Part shown: positions 16,433 to 24,092 of the stretch, piece by piece | Position numbering within the stretch: the first letter of the stretch is position 1 | Layout of the letters: every line of letters starts with the position of its first letter | Origin: a virus | Lineage: Duplodnaviria > Caudoviricetes | IMG/VR virus record: IMGVR_UViG_3300022072_000085 | Span: 1-30,422 of that record | Reading direction: 5' to 3' (one strand) | DNA: 30,422 nucleotides | Made by a program: the position numbers and the translations under genes | Notes under the pieces: model-generated | What the model was told of the DNA's origin: nothing | What the model saw: the letters and a program-made list of their open reading frames with translations, nothing else | Databases searched by the model: none

Positions 16433-16864
16433 CTAATCCAAAGACTCTTGAGCCGGCACATCTTCCACAATCTCAAAGATCTCTACATCCGGATTGTTGA
16501 TCGTTGTGTGCATTTGCTTCTTGGTAGCAACACCATCAACATCAACCTCAGCAATTATTCGATAGAAGGCTTGATTAACACGCTTATCAACCGTGATACC
16601 TTTGATCTGGCCGGTAGTCAAATCCTTGTTTCGTGGAGTATAAGTGATGTATAAACCAACATTTTCTTTTGCAGCTTTATACTCAGGAGATTCCATCACC
16701 GGAGGTCCTAACTCCTTAGGAGCTTTAGGAGCTTTAACTTCTGCAGGTGCGTTAACATCTACGTTGCGACTGTCTAAAATTTCCAAGATCGTTGTTTTGT
16801 CCTCTGCGGACGTTTCTCCATTGTGAAATAGAGCTAATAAAGACTTCGTGCTTTTCTTTTTCAT
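16433..16864 (-). CDS. Hypothetical early protein, VDKRVN family paralog 1
   Basis: Pro/Ala/Lys linker plus a beta-rich C-domain shared with 19634-20026; AT-rich promoter-like region upstream. Confidence 0.8.
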   Translation of the reverse strand: MKKKSTKSLLALFHNGETSAEDKTTILEILDSRNVDVNAPAEVKAPKAPKELGPPVMESPEYKAAKENVGLYITYTPRNKDLTTGQIKGITVDKRVNQAFYRIIAEVDVDGVATKKQMHTTINNPDVEIFEIVEDVPAQESLD

Positions 16865-17142
16865 GTTAAATAAACTTTAAATGCGATAAATTATTTTATT
16901 TTAATTATAATATAAAAGTACAATAAAAATATGAAATATAAAAATTTTTTGGTACTTTTTTTAAAATTTCATAGATAAAGCTTCTTAAATGTTGGAAAAA
17001 CTGATCTAATTGCCTTTGCTTTGTCTCCAGATCTTATCATGTCTCTAAAGGATTTTTCCTAAGTAAGGAACATTTTAATGTACCAATAGCCATTTTGCCT
17101 AGGTTTTATCTTTTGATGGTATAAGCATTCTTTGTGCTTTGT

Positions 17143-17796
17143 TCATATCAAATCAATTAAAGGTGTTGGTAATATTCCCATACAGCTTAAATACATTCTC
17201 ATGCATAAGCCTGGGTAACCTGTTAATTCGCATATTGTTTTTAGTGCTGCTTCGCTATATGCAGGTGGGGTCCATTCCATGAGTTCACATGTTTCAGAGG
17301 GCAACAATAGTTTGTTGCCATTATACAACAATCCGTAGTAAGATAACATTATTTGTGTTATCATGTCTTCAGAACCTGTTTTGTATGTGGCTATTTGATA
17401 TGGCTTGTTGGCTGCGATCTTTTCCCACTGTGACGATAAGTCCCACGTGTTTAGCATGTGTAGCGGTAGGTCTACACCTTGTGAGGTTACTAACCGTCGC
17501 TTGCATGCTATTAAACATTTGACCGCAAAACATGTTTCATACGAGACATTTAGCTTTATTGGATTTATGTCTGGTGCCTTTATGTAATGCTCTTTCACCA
17601 TGAGGTGTTGAGCTAATATGTGAGGTTTTTGCTCGCGGTCTCTGAAGTAATACTTCATGGTCGTGAATGGGTCCAACTGCCTATAAGCACATTCGCTTAT
17701 AGGAGTTGAACCATGAGGGAAGTCGACCTGAGTTATGGTCTTGACGATCAACTCACCCTTTTTTGCTTTTATGCAAAGATTCTTGATTGCTAACAT
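17143..17796 (-). CDS. Hypothetical early protein, LC..A/Y.Q N-domain family
   Basis: 217-aa ORF; N-terminus resembles 17896-18291 and 18517-19137. Confidence 0.7.
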   Translation of the reverse strand: MLAIKNLCIKAKKGELIVKTITQVDFPHGSTPISECAYRQLDPFTTMKYYFRDREQKPHILAQHLMVKEHYIKAPDINPIKLNVSYETCFAVKCLIACKRRLVTSQGVDLPLHMLNTWDLSSQWEKIAANKPYQIATYKTGSEDMITQIMLSYYGLLYNGNKLLLPSETCELMEWTPPAYSEAALKTICELTGYPGLCMRMYLSCMGILPTPLIDLI

Positions 17797-17895
17797 ATTT
17801 TAATTTTTTAGAGTTCTCCAAGCTTATCATGTAGCCACTTTACAAAGTTGATTATAGCTACAGCTATTAACATTTGTTCAAAATCGCTTGGCTCA

Positions 17896-18291
17896 TCAAT
17901 AAGGTTTTAACTTCTTGTGATATTTGGCTATTAGCGGATGTTGTTCTAATCTTTCAGGTGTTAATCTACCAGGATTGTCGTCCACTAAGACCTCGTTTAG
18001 ACACATGTCGATCATAATCATCATAATCACTTGATCTGTATGTTTGGTATCGAACAGACATTCGATATGATACAAGTGGAAACGTTTCATATCCGGTATT
18101 TTGGCTATGAACTCATTTACAGCATCATCTAGGAAGTGTAGCCTGAAGACATCTTCCACAGTCGCCTGTACGTATTTGACTGTTACTGGGTGTTGTTCGC
18201 CTTCAAACAAGATGTAGTTCACCTGTTCGAGTTGGAGTTTGGATTGATGTGCCCGTAGGCACATCTTTACTAGGTTATTTGTATGTAACAT
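17896..18291 (-). CDS. Hypothetical early protein, LC..A/Y.Q N-domain family
   Basis: NLVKMCLRAH...YVQATVEDVFRLHFLDDAVNEFI. Confidence 0.75.
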   Translation of the reverse strand: MLHTNNLVKMCLRAHQSKLQLEQVNYILFEGEQHPVTVKYVQATVEDVFRLHFLDDAVNEFIAKIPDMKRFHLYHIECLFDTKHTDQVIMMIMIDMCLNEVLVDDNPGRLTPERLEQHPLIAKYHKKLKPY

Positions 18292-18294
18292 AAG

Positions 18295-18507
18295 TTAAGT
18301 ATTTAATAAATAAATATGTTCCAGATCCTTTTGACTGTTTAGGTCATAAAAGAAGTTTAAGACTTGAAACGTTATTGGCTTTATAATAATGTGTTTCTCC
18401 CACATGCTCTTTTTCACGAGAATCAATTCATTCTCGCATAAGACCTTTATTATTCCGAGTTTGTTTGTCTGTTTCTGTCTGACAAGGACATAGATTGGGT
18501 AGATCAT
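18295..18507 (-). CDS. Hypothetical protein
   Basis: 70-aa ORF packed tightly between its neighbours. Confidence 0.55.
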   Translation of the reverse strand: MIYPIYVLVRQKQTNKLGIIKVLCENELILVKKSMWEKHIIIKPITFQVLNFFYDLNSQKDLEHIYLLNT

Positions 18508-18516
18508 GATATTATA

Positions 18517-19137
18517 TTATATTAGTTCAAATAACTCGTTTAGCGTTAGAACATTATTTGTTCTTCCGCATACGATCTTATTAAAATAAACATGCTCAGC
18601 GACATGTTGGATGAATAAACCAGGTAGCTTTGATATCTGGAATAATGTTCTGGTCCTTATTTCAGATGATGACATAAAGTCCAGATCGCCTTTTAACATG
18701 CAGTTCATTTCCATGAAGATGTTTGTGTACGAGGTTGATGAGACATATTGATCTCTGCATAAACAGATTTTGTTCCAGATGGTTGACATCTCCTGAGTCG
18801 GGTGTAAATCCTTGACACAAACTGGACCTCTGCTTGAATACAGGCGACCGTTTAAGGCATAATTGATTCTAAGCATTAAAGATGTTTCCCACGAGACGCA
18901 TGCTAGAAGCGGCATTAGTTTCTCAACGTGTGTGTTTGTATACGGTTCTGTTGATTCATCGATAAATGCCTGGACATCATTATTATGGAAGAAACATTTG
19001 AACACGTCTGTTACAGACGCTTGTCTATAGACATGTTTTGTCTGGTGTGTTTGACCTGCCATTGTTGTTCTTTCCTCAACTGTTATGGACAGATTTTGAT
19101 CGTATGCCTGTTGGCATAATTTGATTAAATCTTTCAT
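18517..19137 (-). CDS. Hypothetical early protein, LC..A/Y.Q N-domain family
   Basis: DLIKLCQQAY...YRQASVTDVFKCFFHNNDVQAFI. Confidence 0.75.
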   Translation of the reverse strand: MKDLIKLCQQAYDQNLSITVEERTTMAGQTHQTKHVYRQASVTDVFKCFFHNNDVQAFIDESTEPYTNTHVEKLMPLLACVSWETSLMLRINYALNGRLYSSRGPVCVKDLHPTQEMSTIWNKICLCRDQYVSSTSYTNIFMEMNCMLKGDLDFMSSSEIRTRTLFQISKLPGLFIQHVAEHVYFNKIVCGRTNNVLTLNELFELI

Positions 19138-19170
19138 GATTAAAATTTTATATGTTATTCTACCAGCGAA

Positions 19171-19198
19171 ACCCTGTCAGCTAACAAGCTGACAGGGT
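19171..19198. other. Intergenic hairpin (RNA processing/stability or termination)
   Basis: 12-bp perfect stem ACCCTGTCAGCT-AACA-AGCTGACAGGGT, extendable by CCAG/CTGG flanks. Confidence 0.7.
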
Positions 19199-19212
19199 GT
19201 TGACTGGAGGAA

Positions 19213-19506
19213 TTAAACGTTTGTTCCGTATCCTGGTTCCGTGTCCAATCTGTGATTATGTATATCACTTAAGTAGTCTTCTATCTCCTCAATGTTCTTG
19301 TCATTGAACATGTGCTTGATCTCCATCAGTGTCGTTTCCAACTCTAACAATGATTCTGGGTACCAACTTTTTTGTCTCAGTACATGTTTAAATTCGTGTG
19401 GTCCTACCAACGCTTGTGAGTGTCCAAATGTTTCGTTGAAGACATGTGCTTGTTCACACTCGTCTTGTTGGATTAACAGTGAACAGATTAAATGTTTAAG
19501 AGTCAT
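19213..19506 (-). CDS. Acidic hypothetical early protein
   Basis: 97-aa ORF with an A-rich leader, flanked by hairpins. Confidence 0.65.
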   Translation of the reverse strand: MTLKHLICSLLIQQDECEQAHVFNETFGHSQALVGPHEFKHVLRQKSWYPESLLELETTLMEIKHMFNDKNIEEIEDYLSDIHNHRLDTEPGYGTNV

Positions 19507-19592
19507 AATCGAAATTTTTATGTTAGTAAATAAATAAATAAGTTCTTCTATCTGTAATACCCTTCGAGTCAGGAGACTGTCAGGTTAAAATA

Positions 19593-19617
19593 CCACCAGT
19601 GTTCATAACACTGGTGG
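19593..19617. other. Intergenic hairpin
   Basis: 11-bp perfect stem CCACCAGTGTT-CAT-AACACTGGTGG. Confidence 0.7.
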
Positions 19618-19633
19618 GTTTCGGAGATGTCTG

Positions 19634-20026
19634 TTACCAGACTTCTTTCGTTATTGCGGTGTGGAATAACTTCCCAGTTTCGTCATACATTCTGTAGAAA
19701 CCCTTGTTTACTCGTTTATCCACAAATATGGATTTGACTTTCGCGATATGACTTGAATCACCAAATCCATGTCTGGAGTTGGGAAAGAAATTAACCCATG
19801 TCCCAATCCGTTCCACTGCTTGTTTGTAGACTTCAGTGGTTTTGATTGATTCACCATTTATGGTTGTTGAACCAGGTCTGGTTCGGACTACAGGTTTCGG
19901 TGCTAGTTCTTTGACTGGTTCTGGTGTAGTTTTAACTTCTGATGTGGTTTCAACTTCTGGTAACATTTGAGGTACTATACCAGGTTTGTGAGTTGGTAAA
20001 GTGGAAACTTCCTTTGATTTTGACAT
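19634..20026 (-). CDS. First leftward early gene, VDKRVN family paralog 2
   Basis: Pro/Thr/Glu-rich N-terminus; C-domain EVYKQAVERIGTWVNF...VKSIFVDKRVNKGFYRM. Confidence 0.8.
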   Translation of the reverse strand: MSKSKEVSTLPTHKPGIVPQMLPEVETTSEVKTTPEPVKELAPKPVVRTRPGSTTINGESIKTTEVYKQAVERIGTWVNFFPNSRHGFGDSSHIAKVKSIFVDKRVNKGFYRMYDETGKLFHTAITKEVW

Positions 20027-20061
20027 TTTAAAATATTTTATATGATTAATAAATAGCCATT

Positions 20062-20124
20062 AAAAAAAACCTACCCTCTGGGGGGAAATGAAAGTAGATT
20101 CAATCTGGATGTTAATCCAGATTA
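20062..20124 (-). promoter_or_regulatory. Leader with two hairpins, ending in a terminator-like structure (attenuator or sRNA candidate)
   Basis: AATCTGGAT-N4-ATCCAGATT, then AAUCUACUUU/AGGGUAGGUU followed by a U-run, about 35 nt before the first early ATG. Confidence 0.5.
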
Positions 20125-20630
20125 TGTTTTTATTTTTATTTTTAAATTATAATTTATTTGATGAAGTAAATATATATATAATATTTTAATAAAAAAAATT
20201 TTTTTAATATTATTTTTAAATTATTTTTGGATATTTTTTATAACGCATTGAGAATCAATTCATTATAATAATATTAAAAATAATTAAAAATTTATTATTA
20301 TTTTGGTCAAAATATTATAACGCATTGATTCTCAATATATTATATAATAAATAATAAATATTAAAATAAATATTAAATAATAATAATAATAAATATTATA
20401 AGGATTATAATAAATTTTTATTTTTTTTTTTCGGTTTTATTTTTTGGGGTTTTATTATTTATTTTTAATATTTTATTATAACCCATTGATTCTCAATAGG
20501 TTATAATATATAATGGCTTATGGCCTATTATTTATTATTATTTATTATTGGTCTAAGTGATTGATTATCAATCCGTTATAATATATAATGGCTTATTGCC
20601 TTTATTTATTTAATAAAAATTTTATAGGTT
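20125..20630. other. Extremely AT-rich non-coding tract (divergent control region / origin candidate)
   Basis: Almost only A/T outside the four palindromes; no ORFs in the track; coding strands diverge here. Confidence 0.75.
20239..20580. repeat. Four 29-bp imperfect palindromes TATAAC.CATTGA-N3-TCAAT...TTATA
   Basis: Copies at 20239-20267, 20316-20344, 20477-20505 and 20552-20580; the last two are both followed by ATATATAATGGCTTAT. Confidence 0.85.
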
Positions 20631-20639
20631 TGTACATAC

Positions 20640-20721
20640 TGAAGGTTCAGAAGGTTCAGAAGGTTCAGAAGGTTCAGAAGGTTCAATAAAAATTGAAGGT
20701 TCAATAAGGATTGAAGGTTCA
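20640..20721. repeat. Repeat block A: (GAAGGTTCA)x5, then two 18-bp units
   Basis: 9-bp tandem at 20641-20685; TGAAGGTTCA at 20694 and 20712. Confidence 0.95.
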
Positions 20722-20755
20722 TTTGAATTGATTATAAATAAATCGAGGATCGCGA

Positions 20756-20842
20756 TCTGGTACACATAATATTAAACCTAATGGATCCGAATGTGATTCG
20801 TATATAATATAATATAAATAATCACGATTCCTTAGAACGCGC
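20756..20842 (-). repeat. Dispersed bipartite element, copy 3 (inverted)
   Basis: Reverse complement reads CGCGTTCTAAGGAATC ... GGATCCAT-TAGGTTTAATATTATGTGT, with TAGGT at +62. Confidence 0.8.
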
Positions 20843-20855
20843 GAGAATGGATCGT

Positions 20856-21375
20856 GGTTCAGTCCTAATTGAAGGTTCAATAAGGATTGAAGGTTCAATA
20901 AGGATTGAAGGTTCAATAAAAATTGAAGGTTCAATAAAAATTGAAGGTTCAATAAAAATTGAAGGTTCAATAAAGCCTGAAACCTCACAGGCTCAATCAG
21001 GACTGAACGTTCAATCAGGACTGAACGTTCAATTAGGACTGAACCTTCAATTAGGACTGAACGTTCAATAAAGCCTGAAACCTCACAGGCTCAATCAGGA
21101 CTGAACGTTCAATCAGGACTGAACGTTCAATTAGGACTGAACCTTCAATTAGGACTGAACGTTCAATAAGGATTGAAGGTTCAATGGATTCTGAACGTTC
21201 AATTTGAATTGAAAGTAACCAAATAGGTTATACCGTAATCAGATTGGTTACGTTCAGTGGATTCAATCCGTACTGAACCTTCAATTAGGACTGAACGTTC
21301 AATAAAGCCTGAAACCTCACAGGCTCAATCAGGACTGAACCTTCAATCCTTATTGAACGTTCAATAAATACTGAA
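20856..21375. repeat. Repeat block B: 18-bp-period array of TGAA(G/C)(G/C)TTCA palindromes with a 98-bp higher-order duplication
   Basis: About 20 exact cores from 20870 to 21363; AGCCTG-AAACCTCA-CAGGCT inverted-repeat units at 20974, 21072 and 21306. Confidence 0.95.
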
Positions 21376-21504
21376 AGGAGGGGCCCCCATGCGACCACAG
21401 AGCCTCTCCTAGGTAACTCTGCTATCTGGAGAATAGCTGATGTAGACATATTGTTATCTAATAACTGCCCCACAGCACAGCCTAGGGGATTAATAAACTT
21501 TATC

Positions 21505-21945
21505 ATGGCATATAACTTAGAAAGACTAAAAAGATTAGCCTTAGAGGCTATAAAGGAAGAAGAGATAGTTTTCATATCTGAACTCCCTTTGTACTTACCG
21601 TGTGTTAGGACTACGTTCTATCATCACAAACTACACGAAGACAAAGACATCATAGAGGCTATACAGTATAATAAGATCTCGATTAAAGCGCAGCTTAGAA
21701 AGAATTGGGCCAAGTCTAAGAATGCTATACTTAATCTAGCTCTTTACCGGTTATTAGCCAATGACGATGAGCGTAAAAGGCTTATACATAATAAAGAAGA
21801 CGTCGGCGAGCTAGGTAATAAACCTAATATTCCAGCTATATCCTGGACCACTAACAATATTAACATACAACCCACCGACACAAACCAACAACCCTCAAAC
21901 CCTATTGTCATCGACATCACGCCTAAAACCGATCCAGAATCATGA
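21505..21945 (+). CDS. terS: Putative terminase small subunit
   Basis: Immediately upstream of TerL with ATGA overlap; HTH-like LPCVRTTFYHHKL; likely start MAYNL at 21505. Confidence 0.7.
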   Translation: MAYNLERLKRLALEAIKEEEIVFISELPLYLPCVRTTFYHHKLHEDKDIIEAIQYNKISIKAQLRKNWAKSKNAILNLALYRLLANDDERKRLIHNKEDVGELGNKPNIPAISWTTNNINIQPTDTNQQPSNPIVIDITPKTDPES

Positions 21946-23165
21946 TTGAATTGAATCCGAAGTTTAAAGAGATATTAACAACAGACAAGAGGATAATAAT
22001 CGTTACTGGCGGAAGAGGGTCGTCAAAGTCCTTTTCTATAGCTACTATTGCTAACCTGCTTACATACGAAGTGGGACATAGGATATTGTTCACCAGATAT
22101 ACCATGACGTCAGCTAAGATTTCAGTTATACCTGAGTTCGAGGAGAAAATAGCATTGTTGGGTGTTCAGGAGCATTTTGCTGTTAGGCAGAATCAAATAG
22201 TTAACAGGGTTACAGGGTGTGACATTATCTTTAGAGGGTTAAGAGCTGGGTCCAGTACGCAGACAGCCAATTTGAAGTCTATACAGGGGATAACCACCTG
22301 GATATTAGATGAGGCTGAGGAGCTTGTAGATCAGGACGTGTATGATAAGCTGAATCTGTCTATTAGATCTAAGGCTGCTAAGAATAGAATAATACTGGTA
22401 TTGAATCCTACTACTATAGACCATTGGATTTGGAAGGAGTATTTTGAGATGTCTCATAGGTATGATCAGATAGAAGGTTTTGACATACCGATGTCAACTC
22501 ATCCGGATGTACTCCATATACACGTAACCTATAAGGATAATGAACAAAATCTTAGTGAGTCGTTCTTAGCGGATTTAGAAAAGACCAAGATCAATAAACC
22601 TAATAAGTATAAACATAAGATCATAGGTGGATGGCTTGAAAGATCAGAGGGAGTAGTGTTCGAAAATTGGCAAGATGGCTTCTTTCCGTCAGCATTGCCT
22701 TATGTATATGTACAGGATTTAGGCTATTTTCCAGATCCGTTGACATTAGTGAAAATAGCGGTAGATAAGAAGAAGAGTATCATATATATAGATGAATTGG
22801 TATACGATGTTAAGCTATCAAACGAGGATATAATAAGGAAATATAGAGCTTTAGTGAAGAGGAGGAGAGACCTTATATTAACTGATACTAACGAACCTAG
22901 GCTATCTGCGAATCTGAAGAAAGAAGGGTTTAACATGAAAAAGGTCTCTAAACGTAAAGTAACAGAAGGCATAAGAGAGATGCAAGATTACTTGATTGTT
23001 GTAACGAAAAGAAGCTACAATGTGAAAAGAGAGCTTAGACTATATGTATGGAACAATAAAAAAGCATCTATACCAGTAGACTCAAATAACCATGCAATGG
23101 ACGCAATGCGGTATGGATATGAGTTCCTAACAACAAGAAGGTTCAAAATGAGGAAAAAAAATTAA
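21942..23165 (+). CDS. terL: Terminase large subunit, PBSX family
   Basis: Walker A TGGRGSSKS, Walker B WILDEAEE, LVLNP, nuclease QDLGY..DP and NNHAMDAMRYG. Confidence 0.95.
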   Translation: MIELNPKFKEILTTDKRIIIVTGGRGSSKSFSIATIANLLTYEVGHRILFTRYTMTSAKISVIPEFEEKIALLGVQEHFAVRQNQIVNRVTGCDIIFRGLRAGSSTQTANLKSIQGITTWILDEAEELVDQDVYDKLNLSIRSKAAKNRIILVLNPTTIDHWIWKEYFEMSHRYDQIEGFDIPMSTHPDVLHIHVTYKDNEQNLSESFLADLEKTKINKPNKYKHKIIGGWLERSEGVVFENWQDGFFPSALPYVYVQDLGYFPDPLTLVKIAVDKKKSIIYIDELVYDVKLSNEDIIRKYRALVKRRRDLILTDTNEPRLSANLKKEGFNMKKVSKRKVTEGIREMQDYLIVVTKRSYNVKRELRLYVWNNKKASIPVDSNNHAMDAMRYGYEFLTTRRFKMRKKN

Positions 23166-23196
23166 GACCTCTATGTCATTATTCAAATTTAATTTA

Positions 23197-23204
23197 TACA
23201 TTTG
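23197..23204 (+). promoter_or_regulatory. Bacteroidota sigma-A -7 element
   Basis: TACATTTG (TAnnTTTG) 14 nt upstream of ATG 23219, in the intergenic gap after terL; no clear -33 TTTG. Confidence 0.55.
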
Positions 23205-23218
23205 TAAGAAAAACAACA

Positions 23219-23881
23219 ATGAATTTATTTGCTCTTTTATGCTGTTCTACTCCGGGAACCGCACTTACACCTTTAACGTCTAGAACAACGCGTCAAAACT
23301 TTGGCGAAGTGCAAAGAGTTGTTTTTCAAAGACGTTTGAACGGAACCGTAGTTAATTCGTGGACTATAGGAACTGACGATCCTAAATTAAAGGCCACCTG
23401 GACAACTACCAATGCGGCAGCAGATGCCACAAAAACTGTTTTCTCACCTTATACTGAAGGATTGGCATTCACACCAGGTGCAGCTATCTCTTTTGGAGGC
23501 AATGGCGAAACTTTGGGTGGAACTCAAAGAAACGTCGGTAAAGAGCCTACAAACGTAGAGGGTATGTTCTACGGTTTATGGCAATCTACCATTCAAGAAA
23601 TTGAGGATCTGAATTGCGATGATATTAGCGTATTTTTGGTTAACGAATGTGGCCAAATTGCTGGAATCTCCGATGATCCGGTCACACCAACGACTTTCAG
23701 AGGTTTCCCAATCGCGATTGGAACTTTATTCTTTGGGGATAAGAAAATTGGTGGTAAAACTGAAGATGACTCCAATGCAGTCAAATGGCAGTTTATCGCT
23801 GGTTGGTCTAAATACTTTACGGTGTTAACTCCAACTGATTTTAGCCCTGTAGATGATGCGTCGTTAAATACTATATTCTAA
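23219..23881 (+). CDS. Putative major tail tube protein
   Basis: Thr/Gly-rich, beta-rich 220 aa; NFGEVQRVVFQR and FGGNGETLGG resemble structural proteins of Bacteroidota siphoviruses (from recall). Confidence 0.55.
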   Translation: MNLFALLCCSTPGTALTPLTSRTTRQNFGEVQRVVFQRRLNGTVVNSWTIGTDDPKLKATWTTTNAAADATKTVFSPYTEGLAFTPGAAISFGGNGETLGGTQRNVGKEPTNVEGMFYGLWQSTIQEIEDLNCDDISVFLVNECGQIAGISDDPVTPTTFRGFPIAIGTLFFGDKKIGGKTEDDSNAVKWQFIAGWSKYFTVLTPTDFSPVDDASLNTIF

Positions 23882-23882
23882 T

Positions 23883-24092
23883 ATGAGCGATCAAAAAACA
23901 ATGACTCTTTACCATGATGGTATGTACCCTGATGGTAAAGAGTTTGAAGTTGAACATGCTAAAAGGATATTAGCCATTAAGGACAATGGCGGTATATATA
24001 AAAAGGAAAATGTCGATCAAGCAAAAAGAAGTACAAAAATCATTAGACGAGTTACCGGTAAAAGACCAACTAAGTCAAGCGATACAGCTTGA
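23883..24092 (+). CDS. Small hypothetical protein overlapping the portal start
   Basis: Starts 1 bp after the upstream stop; KEFEVEHAKRIL motif. Confidence 0.6.
   Translation: MSDQKTMTLYHDGMYPDGKEFEVEHAKRILAIKDNGGIYKKENVDQAKRSTKIIRRVTGKRPTKSSDTA

Noticed and set aside
16968-17146. Stop-codon recoding or readthrough extension of 17143-17796 (coding-like frame interrupted by TGA and TAG)
   Set aside because: TAG and TGA end conserved genes at their natural C-termini (polA, SSB, SNF2, deaminase), so the standard code applies. At most this is a degenerate remnant.
16413-20047. 16-bp perfect inverted repeat AATCATATAAAATATT (16413-16428 / 20032-20047) bracketing the early module, suggesting an invertible segment
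   Set aside because: It is almost all A/T and resembles the generic A-rich leaders of early genes. No invertase is in view, and a chance match of this length is plausible in an AT-rich 30 kb.
20870-21363. Resemblance of TGAAnnTTCA to the eukaryotic heat-shock element nGAAnnTTCn
   Set aside because: The context is entirely bacteriophage, so the match is treated as coincidence.
20640-21375. CRISPR array or mini-array
   Set aside because: The period is 18 bp with recurring 8-bp linkers and there are no unique spacers. The Cas4-like DUF2800 gene is a standard replication-module nuclease.
20719-21575. Track ORFs 20719-20988 (-), 20847-21071 (+) and 21285-21575 (-)
   Set aside because: They are open only because the 18-bp repeat lacks stops in those frames; the translations are low-complexity.
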